Assembly (NCBI GenBank): GCA_002633005.1
Contig: NMRA01000050.1
Coordinates: 154,959-193,422 of the forward strand
Length of the DNA: 38,464 bases
Source: Phoronis australis
Lineage: Eukaryota > Animalia > Phoronida
Direction: 5' to 3'
The position numbers were made by a program, and so were the translations under genes. Below are positions 24,721 to 37,760 of this stretch, piece after piece. The notes under the pieces are model-generated. The model was not told the DNA's origin and searched no databases. It worked only from the letters and a program-made list of their open reading frames with translations. Position 1 is the stretch's first letter, and the number at the start of each line of letters is the position of its first letter.

Positions 24721-25322
24721 CTATACCCTCCTTATTTTAAGAACTGAACTTTTCAAAATTACGTGTTTTCCTGGATAATATTTCATGCATTGGTTCTCGT
24801 TTTGGGCTGGGCAATTCCCGCTAGTTGGATAAATACTATTTAAAGCTAACCTAGCACAGTTTGCATACCACCACCCACCACTATTTATTTCTGCACAACT
24901 TTTTTTGTTACTTTGGTCATTATCTTGGTCTATTGTCGAAAAACGAGCTCCGTTTAATTCGCTCATCGAATATTTGGGATTGGAGTCAACATTTGCAGAT
25001 ATTGACAATTTGTATTTCTCTTTCTCATTGGCTATTGCGAATGAACTATGTTCACGTGTTACACTCGTGCCATGCCATGTGGTCATTACGTATTGTATTT
25101 TGTACTGAGCCTGCTGAGTGACGTATTGAATGTTGTCATTTCCGAGCCACAGCTCTCCTCCGAGGTCGCCAAAACCATTCATATAGTCTGACCCGTGCCT
25201 TTTGAAATCAACGCTTCCGTTGAATCTTCGCTGAATTACTATCCACCCTTCTTCGCAGATCACATCGAAGGTCTTGTGACGGTTCAGCGGTCGGATGCGC
25301 AGAACGCCGTTGTAGTGAATGC
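24721..25322 (-). CDS. Fibrinogen-related domain protein (FReD; ficolin/angiopoietin-like), terminal exon or pseudogene
   Basis: The open frame has C..GWIVIQRRFNGSVDF, Y.NGFGDLGGELWLGNDNI, FSTIDQDND, CA....GGWWYANC...LN and the terminal LKIR. It extends upstream of the listed start (GIHYNGVLRIRP) to a candidate acceptor tttttctag at 25323. Confidence 0.9.
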
Positions 25323-26322
25323 CTAGAAAAACTTAATACAATCTGAATTCCACGTGGTGCTCTATCTGTCTAAACTGTATGCGAGTGTGTGGCTTTCTGA
25401 ATAGAGTACACGTGTTGCTCAGAGTCACAAAATTGCACATATCTTCAAAATTATCGCACACAAATACATATTCGTTGGATTCTCAACGAAATATCTGTAA
25501 AAAGAATATCGGGATAAGTACAATCAAATAAATGTGTATTTTTCTTAAAATCAGATTTTCTTCCTAATATTTTCACCTTCTGTAATACCCATTTTCTTGG
25601 TTACAAATGGGATTTTTAGGCATTAAAAGGCTAATGGTCACACTTGACAAAATACACTGTTACGTCGAGTATGACAATATACGCCGTAGATATAGACATA
25701 TGTTGCCCGCCAGGGGACAATGTGTCGGCATTCCCGGCACGTATTCTTCATGAAGGATACTGTCAACACCTGCACAAACATGTAGTATCCCCCGGGTGAC
25801 AATATGTGCCGCTGATCCCAGGATGCATTTTGAGCAGTACATTACATGTAAGTGGTTTACGTTATTTGTTTGAGGGGGCCTTTGGTCACAAGACAAATAT
25901 CAAGGTTGTAAGGGGAAAGGACATATTCTGAAAACTTGAAGAAAGAAAAATGAGGTCACGCATGAATGTTGAATAGACCAAAGTATATTAGACCCACAAG
26001 TGAATTTGACTTTTTGTGTTGGAGAGGGATCTCGGTCAATGGCCATGGATCATGCTGTGTATCTGGACGCCATCCCCAAACTAGAAGGAGGTGGAAAGTC
26101 GTAATACCAACCGACGTCATGGTGTCATTTCCGACATCATTTATGTAGCGCTTGTCACCCTCTATCACCAAGAAGTTCTGACAATAAAAATACATTCAAA
26201 TGGGTCTGAGGCGTTCTACTGATCGAGATTGGGGGCAGGGGATAAAAGATTGGTTCCACTATTTTACGTGCTCCACGCCTCATGCCGTCTTAGTCATCTT
26301 ATTCAAAATTATCACCCATTGT

Positions 26323-26327
<5 letters not shown>

Positions 26328-26365
<38 letters not shown>
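26328..26365. repeat. (CT)n microsatellite running into the gap
   Basis: Perfect ct dinucleotide run. Confidence 0.98.
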
Positions 26366-26707
26366 NNNNNNNNNNNNNNNNNNNNNNNNNNNNNNNNNNN
26401 NNNNNNNNNNNNNNNNNNNNNNNNNNNNNNNNNNNNNNNNNNNNNNNNNNNNNNNNNNNNNNNNNNNNNNNNNNNNNNNNNNNNNNNNNNNNNNNNNNNN
26501 NNNNNNNNNNNNNNNNNNNNNNNNNNNNNNNNNNNNNNNNNNNNNNNNNNNNNNNNNNNNNNNNNNNNNNNNNNNNNNNNNNNNNNNNNNNNNNNNNNNN
26601 NNNNNNNNNNNNNNNNNNNNNNNNNNNNNNNNNNNNNNNNNNNNNNNNNNNNNNNNNNNNNNNNNNNNNNNNNNNNNNNNNNNNNNNNNNNNNNNNNNNN
26701 NNNNNNN
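26366..26707. other. Assembly gap (N run)
   Basis: Run of n bases. Confidence 0.99.
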
Positions 26708-26780
26708 ATTTCAAAACAAGGTTACACATGCATCTGCTAAAGCTGGTAATGTAAACAGTGGTGAAGGTTTTGTCGAAGTC

Positions 26781-26942
26781 CAGTGCTGTCAGTGATAAAA
26801 TTAGAGGTAAGTAGGCGCCCAAAGCCCGCCGTATCACCTTGAGCACTGAACTTAACTTACGGACGGGTGCGTAATCGCTACGTACAAATGACAAAATCTG
26901 GTTGGCTGCGCCTACGTGCGCCTACGCCCCACTACAGCAGTG
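26781..26942 (+). mobile_element. hAT-like MITE, copy 1
   Basis: TIRs cagtgctgtcagtg / cactacagcagtg. 8-bp TSD tcgaagtc / tcaaagtc (7/8). Homologous to 32982-33119. Confidence 0.9.
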
Positions 26943-29900
26943 TCAAAGTCGTTAAAATATATGGCAAAGTTTACGTTTAAGCAAGTGGAGGGATATTGCA
27001 CAGAGTTTGTTTAAACTTGCTTACCGCTTCTTTAGTCGACATCACCAACGTCAATTCACATGTTGCAAGGCATTATAGGAAAAATACGTACTGCGTCCAG
27101 TCGAACTGTAGCCACACCGTACGTGTTTGGGAAGTTTTTGGCGTTATTAGTTTATTATATTATGAGATTTTGGCATCAACTGCCGTACCTGTTCGTCAGT
27201 CAGTGTCTCCCTTGTATAACAACGTGCTGTTAACCCAGTTCGTGGGCCGCGCACCATAAAGGGCTGGGGGGTCTTATAGCTACGCTTTTTTCAGTGCTGC
27301 GGCGCCCATGGTCTATGAGTGGTTCACCACAAGGGCTATGGACCCACTTCTTCTTCATTGCTGCGCCGCTCATGCAGCTACTTCGACTCCTGGCGGACAC
27401 TTATCTTTTTAGGATAGGGAGGATGTGGCCCGGGCTTCCAAATCGGAACCCATATTTATACCTTGCCAAATTGGAAAATTGTAACCCATGCTTACATTGT
27501 ATATCAAGAGCTGAAATTGCACCCAATGATTTACCTACAGATCTAAAAATGCATGTAGTTTATTAGGGCATAGAGATTATTAGCGAGTTATTTCCCTACA
27601 TAAAAAGTGTTTAAATAGATAGAACACACAAATGTATAGAGGAAAATTGACGACGGACATTCATTAATCTCAACTCGAATTAAAGACTCGACATCGCGCA
27701 ATTGCAAACAAACAAGTGAGCGGCACTGAAATTTGAAACGAGGACCATGATTCCGTCTTATTTCGTAAATCCATACTTTCATTATCACCTCATCAGTAGA
27801 GAACAAGTTAGTGAAAAGACTGTTCTGTTGAGTACTTTTTACCCTGCTTAGCGCCAAGGTCACTAGGCTCAGCCACCATCCTGGAGAGAGAGGGATGTAC
27901 GTAAATCCTCGTTCTGAGAATAATGGCCGATCGTGTGATATAGGTCTGTTTAGCGATATACGAAATCGGCTCTGTCCACAAAATTTAGCAAGAAGTCATA
28001 ATAAAACAACAACAGCAGTCCGGCTGAGACACAATTTCTATATCTTCCAAAAAACTGAAAGATTCGTAAGCTTTAACGTCGTTTGTTGTCCAGGCTTCGC
28101 AAGCATAACATGCCTCTGACAGGTTGAAGAGATATTTAAATCGACACTGAAAATTGCTTTCTAGGTGCAAACCTAGCATGTATTACCAAGATAATCACCA
28201 CAAACGCTGACAAAGTTCTGAGTCGCTGTCTGTGTGAAGTAACCGTAAACGAATTGAACGGAAACCTACGGCTGACCACCAACCAAAAATGAAAGCTTTG
28301 AAATGACAAAACAAGCCTTCGCATTCTTGTGAAGGGGAAGACGCTTTCGAAAACAACACAACTATTCTGTAATCCTCGTTTGTTGGAATCACCGTGTGAA
28401 TTCCTCGCTTACACTGGTTCTCCGCTGACATTCCATTTGCCCTCAGCGTTCCAGAAAGCGCACTACTCCTCGAATAAATTAGTTTGAGGTCACTGGGCGA
28501 TAAGCGCTAACAAAAAGCACTATGTGTTGCTTCTATCTGTCGTAATGCAGTTTAGTTGTATGTTAAAATATAAATATGGAGGTATTGTAAATTATATAAA
28601 TCTTCCAAAGAGGCCTACATGTATATCGACACATGTACGCACGGTTGTTTATCGTAATTCCGTAGCCAATTTTGTAGTTTTTAGCTATTAGTCAATTGAT
28701 TCTTAATAATTGAAAACCACACTGTGCTGATGTTTCAGATAAATACTGCTGTAATGTTCATTTTAAACGAAAATTATTGCTTTATGCATTTTGAAAATTC
28801 TCCAGTATCTACAGACAGAGACGGTTAGAACAGTTTATAGACAGGTAATTACACTAAATTGGGCCTTGTTCGCACTGGACCATGTGGTCATCACCACTGC
28901 GTCCAATTCCGGCCCTGCGTCTTCGAGAACCCCCCCCGAAAAAATGCAGGTGTCAGGGTTAAGCCGTGGCAACCGAAAGAGGCGAGGGACCGAGGACAGT
29001 GGAGAATAGAAAAAACTGCAAATCACGGATAAGAGAGAAACTTCTGGAGAACATTTGACGCAGTATCAGTGCATGGTTTACTTTTTGAGGACCCTGGCAG
29101 GATATTGTTGTTAGGGTCAAGTGCACTTAATCATTCAAAAAAAATCGAGTCAATTTGTAAAGCGAAGCTTTTGCACTGCGTATTAATTTACTTGATTTTA
29201 AATTCAATAAGATAATATTGCGAATGCAAAAATATTTTCCAAGAGGGCCCTCTCCGGCAAGGGATGATGAAGACAACCGTCGTTTATTTTTTTCCAGAAA
29301 TTGTATATCACTTGGTAAAGCATGATGACCTGACAGATACCATCAATTGCTGCGCATTTCCTGATTTTTGAAAATAAAGACCTTTTCATATTTAGGGACC
29401 CACACCTTGAAGGGAGCCATAAATGATTGACGACATTTAAGTGGCCACACTTTTTGCTTTTTTATTGACAAATTCTTAAGTTTCCTCTCTAACGGAGAGA
29501 GGGCTTAATGTTGGAGACGATTACCTCTAACTGGCTTTCAAGTTGAGGAAGGCCACTTCCTGTACCTTTGTGTGACTACAAGACGGTGGAATAAATTGTC
29601 CCTCTTTTCCAAGCTTAATGATGTTGAAGGTGTCCCATTTCCGACGGGATGCCCTCTCGGTGGAGCAGTTCGGGAGAGATGTCCCTTTGTCTCTCTATAC
29701 ATGTGAATCCGGCAATACCAAGTATTCACAGTGAGAAGTTGAGATTCTAAATTCATCATAATACACAAAACATTCGTCCACAGTAGCATCAAGACATGTG
29801 ATGCAACCAACCAAAAATGTGAAAATACAATAGGATGGACTCCCATCGAAAAAGTAGAATTTTGAAGAACGGGAAGACCACTATTTGTGAATTAGAGAAA

Positions 29901-30282
29901 AGGACTATTTCCGATGGTTAGTTATAAAATAATGCTGCTTTTTCCAAGAGTATCACAAGAATAGTATTTCTTGTTTAAGATCATTGCTAGGAGTTGTTTG
30001 AAAAGACCTGTCGAAAGGCCTGCCAGGGCTCCGATTTGTGATGACCATCTACATGTCGAACGGGGGTACTCAAAGTACTCTCGAATCATAAACAAGGATG
30101 TCAGCGTTTTTTCCTTGGAATTCAAGTTTACCTCGTGAACTGTTATAGGTGCTGAGCAAAAATGCACCTTAACACGAATGTCCCATCTCAAATGTTCCCC
30201 CGGTTACCCGTCTAGAATCTGCGAACATGCCTGAGGAAACTGCTTATAACATTCCGTTTTGATAAAAAAATTCGTTGGTTTC

Positions 30283-30975
30283 CGATTTACATGTTTATGT
30301 ATCTAGGAAAATCGACAGAATCACAGATGATTTTTGAAAATTAGAATCTAGTATTGTAAAAATTGACGATGTTTCAGTGAATTTAGTTGCAGCCTGAAGT
30401 TGGAAAAAACTTTATAATCAAATCCCAAATAGAAACGTACACTTCCGTTCCCTAATCTAAAATACATCTCAAAGACATTGCTGAAATACGGACAGTTCCC
30501 AATTTAAATGAAAATGTATTCAATGCATTTTGACTGAGGCTTTAGATTTGTCGTTTAAACTCACAAACAGGAGATCAAAAAGAAGTTGAGTCATTAAATC
30601 ATGCTGAACGCATTGCTCGTTGAATCAATTGTTGATGTCTGGTTTACTTGTTTATGTACATGTATCTACAAATATTCGACTAATTGACAGATAATTTTAA
30701 CAATCAGAAGTTAATCATTTACGAAATAACGATGCTTCAGTGAACTAAGCTGCAGGCTGACATCGGTAAAATTTTATCTACCATCAGATCCCAGTAGCAA
30801 AGCACACTAATCTATTTTTGTCTATCTGAAATACGTCTCAAGGATAGTGGTGAATGTCGGAGAGCTCTACAAAATGTTTTCACGATGCAAATGACAATAA
30901 ATTGTTTATTGACTTAGGAGACATATTAGTGATTAAATTCACAAACTGAAGATCGAAAAAAGAAGTTTGAGCCCT
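30283..30975. repeat. Diverged tandem duplication, ~360-bp period, 2 units
   Basis: acgatgtttcagtgaatttagttgcagcctga vs acgatgcttcagtgaactaagctgcaggctga, and ttaaactcacaaacaggagatc vs ttaaattcacaaactgaagatc, at similar offsets. Confidence 0.85.
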
Positions 30976-32981
30976 AATTAAACTTCTTGCTCATTAACTT
31001 TGAAAGGCTGTCTTTACACTTCCTTGAAGTTTTTAGTTTCCAGTATTATTGCGCAATGAATTTTTGTTCTTCATACCTGGTGCGTTTGATTACCTCTCCT
31101 ATGCACACTACACAGATGAAGCGCGTCATAACTAACGCACTCACGTTAAAATATGATGTAACCATGCAGTAGGCCCGCGCAGAATCTGTGACCACGGGAA
31201 CTGAATTTGATTTCCAGGTGTTGAAGTGTGCACTTTTCTGGGAAACGTGCACTCTCACTATAATGTAGGGAGAAAGTGGGCTGCCAAAGTCACTGGTATT
31301 GAAATAGGAGGTGAAGTTCATGATAATGACAGCATGCTCATTGAAGTCAATTTGGCATCACAAATCCATAAGTTTGACATATAACCTTTGCTATGCATTT
31401 TAATCATTGACTGTTCCTAGTTGACTTAATGGTCAACATGGAAATGCGCTGTGTGATTTTCTATATTACAACCCAACAAAAAGTGAAGCTGTTGTGGAAC
31501 ATGCTGCTCAACGGCCTATATGCAGTTTGGACATTCCCACAAAATTGGGCTGGATTTTTTGAAGTGGAGTAATGTATCAATCAGACCACTCAAACAGCAG
31601 AACTCTCTCACTTATGACCACAGCATGTGGCTTTGTAAACTCATTTTGTGAATTCACAAACCATGGCTATCCATCCAAAAAGCATTACTCCTGGTGTTGC
31701 ATCCAGCTTTGTTACCTATAGACACTGCTCGCACACTCTTCCCTGAGTCATACACATGATTCTTAGTCGCGTGAGTTTTTAAACTGATTTTTGGTTGCAA
31801 AAGCTGTGTTTGATATCTGTGAACAGGGATTGGCTTACATTTAGGTGTGTGAGTTGTGTTCACGAGTGTTTGACGTACAATTGGTACCCTGCAAATGGAC
31901 TAGGTAACATGTACTATCTTATTGATTTTTGCATTTGCAAGTGTAAAAATGCAGGCAGCTAGAACAGCAGGGGAGTCATACTGCACAATGGGGGTAGGCT
32001 CTGAAGTCAGCATAAAGGCCTGAAATAATGACCGTAAAAGCGTAAAGATGCGTTCGACGAAGGCATGAAAACTGGTCAAAAAGGCGATCCAGTGGGGTGT
32101 TTTCAATAAACAAGAACCGCAGGACATAATCAAAGAACTCCTGTTAGAATATCTTGAGTAGTGTCCATGTCGATCGTAATCATCAGTGTTACTGTATTCT
32201 TGTTGTGCACCTTATGGTGTGTCTATTGCTTTGAAGTAATATTGCTAGTGAGTTTGATTCCATGACATTTTCTGTGAAATTACTTTTCACGCCAAGAATG
32301 TCTCTTTAACTGTCGTTTCTAGGTTATTTGTATTCATTAATACAGTTCAAGCCAAACGTATTAAGACAAAATAACCCGGAATTCTTGCCATGACACCTGG
32401 GGCAAAAGTAGATGTCGTGGTCAAAGTGGCCTTCTTTGTGACTGAAATTGAATGGAAACAAGAAATTTAGTACGGTGGCTAAGACATTATGCAATTAGCC
32501 GTTGTAATGATTATTACCAGTTATTTTTGCATTAACAGGACAAGCCATCAAGCGGGGCAAATATTTATATTGTCTGATTACTTTTGCTTTGTTCTGTATG
32601 ACTGTTTGCATATATGCAAGCATGCGTGTGTAGGCCCATTATGCTGTCATTCCCGTCTTTTTTCTGGCATCAGCTGCTGCATCTCCAAATCCTTGGTGAA
32701 TGTGAAATTTTACAAATGAGATGACACAAAAGAGCTTTGGCATATATTTGACTACCACTGGGCCCCTAGTGGCAACTTTACTTCTTCATGTTAGTCTCTT
32801 TATCTAGCAAGTTCCTTGACTGATTTTCATCAAATTTTGCAAATAAGTTTCAGTTATGGAGACAATCACACTTTCCTATTTCCTGGCTACCTATGTAATC
32901 TGTACGGAAATGTTGCCATTGAGATGAGCACGACTGACACTGATTGTTGATTGGACTATCTCTTATGGTGTCCCTTAATGG

Positions 32982-33119
32982 CAGTGCTGTAGTGGTAAAA
33001 TTAAAGGTAAGTAGGCACCCAAAGCCATCGTATCACCTTGAGCACTGAACGTAACTATGTTCAAATGGCAAAAGGTGGTTGGCTGCGCCTACCTGCGCCT
33101 ACGCCCCACTACAGCATTG
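32982..33119 (+). mobile_element. hAT-like MITE, copy 2
   Basis: TIRs cagtgctgtagtgg / ccactacagcattg. 8-bp TSD cttaatgg / cttaatga (7/8). Confidence 0.9.
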
Positions 33120-34568
33120 CTTAATGACAACTTAGGTTTTCCTTATGTATGTCTCTATAAGTTTCTTGATGTATTTTCGTGTAATATGGTAAATTTGTTT
33201 CTGTTGTGGAAACGAGAACAGATTGCTATTTTAGGCTGGATTTAAAATATTCTGTGCTACTAAAGATTATTATTTCTGGCTCCAGCCTCTCTGTCCCTTA
33301 AATTGCTCGGAAGATAGTTTTGAAATTTTGCTCATGTGTACTTATAGAGAAGATCACTACTGACAGGTTTTCTAGTGGGTGCAATCCCCGAGGTGCCTGG
33401 CGTGGCAATTTCTTTGTTTATCTGCACCGCAATATTTACCAAGTTCTGTTGATGAATGTGGGTGAAATTTGACGTATTTGTTACATTATTGAGGAAGGTG
33501 TGCCCGGCATTAATTTGAGGACATGTCTGAGTGCTGTGGCGTTCTCTAGTGGTTCTTGATGTATGGAATTTGACAAGAATACGACAGTAGTTGTCTTGTT
33601 TCAGATGAGTATAATGTATGCTGCACCACCTAGAGGTTTTTTATTTTATATATTACATATTATTAACATACCTGGAAGCATTCTGACAGAGATGCAATCT
33701 TGGGCGCTTTGCGTTTTTCCTGTTTTTGTATGATTTTGACAAAACATTGCAGTGTAAAGTTTACTACGATTTCATTTTTACTTCTTTTGATGAAAGATCT
33801 CGATATCCAAAACTTAATGTTGACAACCAGCCTTAACTTCCACACTTGTATAATACACATTATGTACTATAATCAGTGTACAGGTGGGAAACTAAAGTGT
33901 CCTATCCATAGCTCGATGTGAACCACGATCAAAGGGTGAGTTATATAAATTTCCTGTGTAATTAATACTGCACTGATGTGTTTTTTCTGAGTGTTGCAAG
34001 TCAGAGTTTTCATGAGTATTAGATAATAAAACACTAACTTCACCGATACCATGTAAAATAATTTGTTATTTTCGTAGTCTGTCTGTGTTTCAAAATCATA
34101 GCACCACTACAATTGCCCCTTTTGAAAATCTGGATCTGCTGGTGGTTTACATCTGATGCCCAGATTAACCAATGATATTCCTAGCCCTATGTAGTATTTT
34201 TACGTACATCTCGAATTCATATTGCGTTATTGATGTTCTATAATCACGGTTGAAATCTTCTGGTCCATCCTCACCTGAACCTGCAATGCTTCATCGAATC
34301 TACGTTCCAGTCCTTTACTTTGCAGTCATCATCACTAAAATGGAAGTCCCGGTGATGGATTGTAAATAGAACTGACTGAAACGTTGCTTAAAGAACTGTT
34401 GACTAGAGGTTGCCGAACACTCCTATAGATATAGCAATAGCCATTATACGCTTACCGTACATTGATTAGTTAGCCAAACATGTAGGATTTCTCAAAGTTA
34501 CAAGCTTGGGTCCGCTCTAAAATATTGACTTGACACTGCGTTTTATTTGAGTACAACTTGTTCAACAG

Positions 34569-35158
34569 CTCGCTGGTTCCGTGCGTGCCGCTAGGTGGGG
34601 CGGTAGCCGGGCCAGCACGCAGGTATCACTTAAATTTCCTCTGTAAATTTTTTTACACCGGCGTTTCTGATTGGCTAGTCGATTCGTCAACAGGCAGCGC
34701 TTTGCGCAAACAAACTGGCATGGCTGATGGACTGAAGTGTAAATGTGGTCTGTTGTACAGACAAATCGGTGCTTAAAATTTATGTTCAGGAAATGTGAAG
34801 CCTAGAAATTGTGACTGAGCCTTTTCGGAATGCATCTTTCTACTGTCGATGACTTTTGTTTACGATAATGTCCTTATACACTATGAATAACACACCGGTT
34901 AAATCGGCCACATAATGTGTGTTTATTGTGCATGTATGTGTTTCAAGCACGCGGCTATTAAACATCACTGCAGAAACGAAATAGTTGCTGCGACGCCACT
35001 TGCATGACAAGGCTAAAAATCGTTCACAGTCCGCCATTTTTTCAAGGTGTTGTAAAGCTAACCAATGACTGCCAAGATTACATCGACCAATGCTAAAGCG
35101 CGTGCCACTGCGTGATACCTGCGTGCTGGCTGAGCTAAGCACGCAGGGAACCAGCGAG
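34569..35158. mobile_element. Non-autonomous TIR element with 9-bp TSD (AcademH- or MuDR-like; superfamily unresolved)
   Basis: 20-bp TIRs ctcgctggttccgtgcgtgc / gcacgcagggaaccagcgag (1 mismatch), an inner block gccagcacgcaggtatcac / gtgatacctgcgtgctggc, and a perfect TSD gttcaacag at 34560-34568 and 35159-35167. Confidence 0.92.
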
Positions 35159-37098
35159 GTTCAACAGAAGGTTCATTTTTACGTCTCGGTAAACCGGTGC
35201 GCCATCTGATGAGCAGCAGAAAATTACTATCAGGAAGATTTTCACCTTTACAGGATCAATGGTCCCCGTGGGTCTTCGGTACTTAAAAGGTATGATTAGC
35301 TATAACCATTCAATCGAGTATGATTTTTGGATTGCCTCGTGTTAATATACGCTCCTATTTTTCGGAATCACTTAACGTTACTAGACGTAAAGCAGACATT
35401 ACAGGACCAACAATTGTCATCGTTTTGAGGCCGTAATTTCAGCTTTAATTGTTGGAGTTCTGAACACCAGCCTAATTAATTTTAATGTAATTCAGATTTC
35501 GAGCTTTGAAAAATCTTAATGTTCTTGTTGACATCGTTTTTTGTTACTCATAAAACTTTAGAACTTTGTTTGTTTGTTAATGGGAGTGTGACAGTAATGG
35601 AAAACAGGACGACCGATATCAGCAAAGTGGGTGGTTTCAATCGAAGCAAGCAGGACACACAAAACGCTGTCCACAATGTTTTTAATATATATGTACTTTA
35701 CAAAGGCTCAGCTTTCATATGTAGTATGTAACTTTTCTGAGTGATGTTGTGCCGTAAAATAAATAACCATCGAATGAAGGGCATTCCCACCAGTTACACA
35801 GCTTGACTCAGGTGGGATGAAAAAGTAACAAAAAATAGCTAACTTGCGAATACGTTTCAATTATGATTTTTACATTTTCACGTGAACACAAGTTGTGTTT
35901 ATTCAGTGTGTCATTCTTAGTTTCTGTTAATTTGTCGTTGTTGCACAATGATGCAACAAAAATGCTAGAATTTGATGGTTTCCGAAGCCATAAACTAGCC
36001 AAAAATTTCGAGGGGGCTTTTTTCTGACTTTCTTACGTAGTAACTCTTAACAACCTTTTTGAGGTAGCTGGTGAAGTTCTCTTTTAAAAGGATTTCATGA
36101 AAATGTACCTTTTTAAACATGGAATTTGAATTAAAAAGGTGTTAACGTAAGGATAATGTCACATAAATATATAATACATTTTGATATTCCTGATCTGTCT
36201 TCATTATGAAAATATAAATTATTTTAGTATTAAATTATTTTATGTAAGCTATACTGCTTTGCCCTCATTATCATATTGTTTGGATTCTCGGGTCAGTGAC
36301 CCTCTTCGTTCTACGATTATTGGTTTAATTGTACCACGTGATCTCTTTGTCTCGTCGCAACACTGGGCCATCGTCCACAATGCTCTCCAAATTTCAGTTT
36401 TCACTCAAATTCTCTTTGCACCCACCTTAACAGTTCAACATATTATATAACTTTTGTAATTACCGATATCTATAGTAGTTTAGTTTGTCATAATATATAT
36501 GAACTTTTATCTCATCTACACGTGTTGTTTCAGTGTGAAGTAGCTTCGGTATCGCTTTGCAGTTAGCGCATGCATATCAATAAATGTAACTTTACTAGTT
36601 GACGAAACCTATATTTTTGATATAAGAGTTAGAACTGAGGCCACTAAATAAGGCTTAGGATATCCTTAAAGTGAGGATCGGCGTGCCTTTTGCTAAATGA
36701 GAATTACAAAATATTTCATTGTGAACCACATTTCAGGCTTACAAAGGACTATAAAACGACAATCGTCTACACATAATGATTCAAATGTTGTGGTAAAGTG
36801 TGTCTTGCTTTTGCTGGTGGTCATTGCTATACAATGGCTGCATTCGGTGGAATTATTCGGTTGAGCTGGTTCAACCAGGTAGACATTGCTTGTTTAAAAG
36901 GTGAAGGATGTCATCTATAACCAATCATATGTCTATACCTATAGACCCGACGTGCTGCAAGAAGGTAGACATTAACTAAAACGTACATGCAGTTTTCTTA
37001 CTTACGGAGAGGCGTTACATTGAGTATGACGAAGTCACGCAAAGCCATGAAAAATCAAGAGAATGAAAGGCAATTCTCTCGAATATCACCTTGCGCTA

Positions 37099-37760
37099 TA
37101 GTCGGTGGGCCAGATCTCATAGCGTTCATCCTTGTGAGTACTTTGGGGGGGCAACCTAGTTTTTTCTATGTGACTAGATAATATACCTATAAATCAAATT
37201 TCAAAAAGTTCCCACGTCTACACTTGCACATTTTTTTTTAAAAAGGTGTTTTTGTTGCACGAAATATGGTGCACATTCCTGCCACTTGGTGGCACTTTTC
37301 TATTGAATTGACCAATCAGAGAGCCAGATTGTATTGCTGTGCTTAGTTACTTCAATATGGCTGCTCCCATGGAGTGTGATGCCTGTATAATTCAAGGTTT
37401 ATCAAACAGTACAAAATTGTGAAGCCAGAGCCTAAAGAAGCTTAGGAAAGCTTCCTGACGAAAGCTGATGGACTGTGGAACTCTGTAGATCAGTAGATAA
37501 GAAAGAAGAGGTGTCACAAACGTTTGTGAAGAAAACAGCTGCATGTCCTGGTGTAGCCTACACAGTATACTCCTGAGTGCTGTAGACTAGAAGACCAAGT
37601 GTCAGACCAAAAAATTGAAAAGACATAGAACGGCATAGCAACGTTTCAAGGCACCAGCAGTAGTACTAAAGCTGAAGTTGGTGAAAGTGATACAGATGTT
37701 ATCCAAGATTTCCCAAGATACTTCCAATATCTGAAACACGTACCAATTAACCCGAACTAG
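37099..37760 (+). mobile_element. 5' end of a second Academ-like element (other end not seen)
   Basis: TAGTCGGTGGGCCAGATCTCATAGCGTTCATCCTTGTGAGTACTTTGGGGGGGCAAC aligns with the 21955 terminus (TAGGCCATAGTCCCAGCTTTCCTATCTTTCACCTCCGTGACCACTTTCTGGGGGCAAC). It is followed by a CCAAT box and a broken ORF start MAAPMECDACII. Confidence 0.55.

Noticed and set aside
26200-26894. Long ORFs spanning the microsatellite and N gap (also 1574-1856)
   Set aside because: Artefacts of N runs.
27985-28179. YACEAWT resembling an RTE LINE C-terminal motif
   Set aside because: A single short motif with no flanking RT similarity.
35207-35225. Hammerhead-like core CTGATGAG...GAAA (also minus strand near 27780-27797)
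   Set aside because: Stem II does not pair, and no stem I/III or cleavage triplet can be formed.
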